Assembly: GCF_002571385.2 (NCBI RefSeq)
Contig: NW_019218084.1
Coordinates: 275,516-339,515, forward strand
DNA: 64,000 nucleotides
DNA from: Stylophora pistillata
Lineage: Eukaryota
Direction: 5' to 3'
Part shown: positions 61,583 to 64,000 of the stretch, piece after piece
How the letters are laid out: every line of letters begins with the position of its first letter
Position numbering within the stretch: the first letter of the stretch is position 1
Notes under the pieces: model-generated
The model's input: only the letters and a program-made list of their open reading frames with translations
Databases searched by the model: none
Told to the model about the DNA's origin: nothing
Made by a program: the position numbers and the translations under genes

Positions 61583-63373
61583 ATGGTTCAATTTTGAGAA
61601 AGTGGTTCAAGCTTTAAATGGAAACCATACGTTTTACTTGAATGTCAAAGATCTTCAAGCCATTGTCAAGGAGGTGTGCTTTGTTAAAGACGAGACTGAG
61701 CTTGGAGTAATGCTAGATTTCTATCATGACCTTGGTGTGGTGGTAAAACATGGCAGCACAGTTGTACTGCATGCTCCATGGCTGATTGACTTGTTCAAAC
61801 AACTGATTACTATTCCACGTTACGAGGAAGTGGTAAGAAATGTTTCATTTTCTGCTCACATTGAATGAATTTCAAAGCCACTTAAGCTAGGGCATTCAGC
61901 TTTAGTCAATGTAAAAGACAAAATTAAAAAAATACCACGCCAATATTTGCAAATTTTTTGAACAAATAGATTAAGAACCCATTTCCTTTATACTCCTTGC
62001 TATTTGAAACTTTTAACCCTTACAATGAAATGGAACAATACATTTAATTGTTTTTTATTGTAAACTGTTACTGTTGTTATTATTAGTATTAGCAAAAAAT
62101 TAATAGTAATAATTACAAGTATTATTGTTACTATAGGCTTAAAAAAATGATTCCTGTGATTATCTGAAATCTAGAGTTGGTTATTATGGGAGAGCACTTT
62201 TACAATTAAATGGAAACAATACTTGTTGTGTTTAGGAGACAAGAATACCTGATGAAACTGGTTAACATGCAGTCAAGTTTTACTAACCTTTTAACTTTAT
62301 CATTTTATAGCCCTTTTGATCCTTATTTAAGAAAGCAAACAACATCACAACCAAACTTGATTAAAAATGCTCTTACTGTTGCATATAAATGAAATGTTGA
62401 TTGTGAAATTTTTACTTGCAACTTTTAATAACAGAGGTGGATCCAGACCTTGAGCTTGGGGAGGGGGGCTTTGCTATTCATGAGTCCAAATGCAAACTCT
62501 TAGACGCTTGAGATACGAGATAAGCCATTTCGTGTTGTTCCATTATCAGGTAAACGAATACATTGTTGTTTGTTTATTTAGGGCCTAGAATCCAGACTTA
62601 TCAAGCACTGGAAATATCTAGAGGAAACAGGGATCCTTTGCATGGAACTTGTGCGTCATGTGTTCTCAAAGTTTATTAAGGAAAATTCTGTAGCAGAAAA
62701 GGACATCCTAGACATGATGGAGCGTTTTGGTCTTGTTGCTAAGTTTGTGAGATCAAAGCAGGAGCCTGTGCAGTATTTTGTTCCAGCGCAGCTTAAAGCA
62801 TTACCGAAAGATCTGTGTGAAATGGAAACATCAGAATTCGATCCATGTCCGTTATATCTTGATTTCTTCAATGGTTTTGTTCCCCATGGAGTTTTCTACC
62901 ACCTTGTCGCGCGTTGCATTGGCTGGTGCTCGGAAAATGGATTTAGACGACCACCCACCCTTTATAACCGTGCAGCCAGGTTCTTTATCCTGAAGAAATC
63001 TATCCATCAATTCATCCTTCTTTGCAGAACAAGGTATATCAAAATTATTTTGAAGCACAGAAAACCAGTCAGTGAAGCTGGTTTGGCCGAAGGAGCGGAA
63101 GTCGCTGAAGATTTGCGAAATTTTCTAGGAAGAACTTTGGAAGATATGTCCCAGCAAATTCCTTGGCGTGGCAATTTGAAGTACGAGTTGTGCGTTGAAT
63201 GTCCGTTTTGCCCAACGGAGAGAAAAAGTTGTCAGAACCATGGCAAGATATCCTGCACCCATGAAGACTGCTTATGTCTTCTCAAGATGGCACCAGTAGA
63301 ACGACTGCTTTGTGAAAAATGTCTCTGTGATGAAGAAGCCTCGTTTCCTGGTCTTGAAAAATGGTTCTTGAGG
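61583..63373 (+). CDS. COR (C-terminal of Roc) domain exons of a Roco-family protein; partial
   Basis: Exons 61583-61832 and 62582-63373 (phase 0 join, GT-AG). Motifs WFNFE, MLDFYHDLGVVV, VVL..PWLIDLFKQLITI, W..LEETGIL, LDMMERFGLV, YFVPAQL, FVPHGVFYHLV, and a Cys-rich end. Donor at 63374 implies continuation beyond the window. Confidence 0.8.
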
Positions 63374-64000
63374 GTAAGTCAGCATGTATAATGAGGTTCA
63401 TTCCATTTCTGTAAGTATGTATGAAAGCATAATGATTACAACTCTTGCTCGGCAAGGAATGGAGAAGCTATTGTTGCTCAAATGCATGGGGCATCTGAAT
63501 CTTCACTTGTGCTTTGTTCGATTTTTTTCTTAAACTGAGAATTAAAGGAGTTGTAATCAATGTGGACAAAATTATCCGTGCTAGGTTGCATTAAAAAATC
63601 TCATATGGGATTTTCTCCCACGACCGAGCTGTTTTTACTGGATATATTTGTATTATTTGTGTCCAACCATGGTATTGTACTCGTTAATGGTAATGTATTA
63701 TATAGCTGAAGCGAATCCTGTGTTCCGATTGGCTATCCGATGGACTCATCTTGCCCACTCGAAATTGCCCACTTTGATCCCGCGCAAGAAAAGAAGGGCG
63801 TGGAGTAGACTTACAAAGCTCGTAACTTTTGCACGATGTCGGCGATGAAGTCGCAAAAGGCGACAGGAGGTAGTCAAACCAAAGAAAACATAAACGACCC
63901 TCGTGACTGTATTGCACTACAAACACAACTGGCTTTCTACCGGTTTTCGAAATAAACAGGTCATTCTTTAATCTTATTAAAGCGAAATCTTTCTTTTGCT

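Overview
Eukaryotic, intron-rich, AT-rich animal genomic DNA with six N-gaps. The repeat landscape resembles a scleractinian coral (inference). By manual splicing I recover: (1) a minus-strand chitobiase-type GH20 beta-N-acetylhexosaminidase with an N-terminal membrane anchor (12648->~4980); (2) head-to-head with it, a ~29-exon unconventional myosin (13916-35247) with architecture motor - IQ - Ser/Pro 27-aa repeats - C-terminal SMAD MH2 domain, the most striking feature; (3) a small basic protein of unknown function (35656-36372); (4) a DIDO1/PHF3/PPS-family gene with PHD, BRK, TFIIS-M and SPOC domains (38220-54477); (5) two COR-domain (Roco) exons with no visible upstream Roc exons (61583-63373). 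Both genes of the divergent pair carry reading-frame lesions in this assembly: TGA in the hexosaminidase, and TAA plus a probable 1-bp frameshift in the myosin. Non-coding space holds tRNA-derived SINEs with swapped 3' tails, Penelope-type minimal hammerhead ribozyme motifs, several MITE families, and a decayed LINE with nested insertions. All domain calls are by eye, without database searches.
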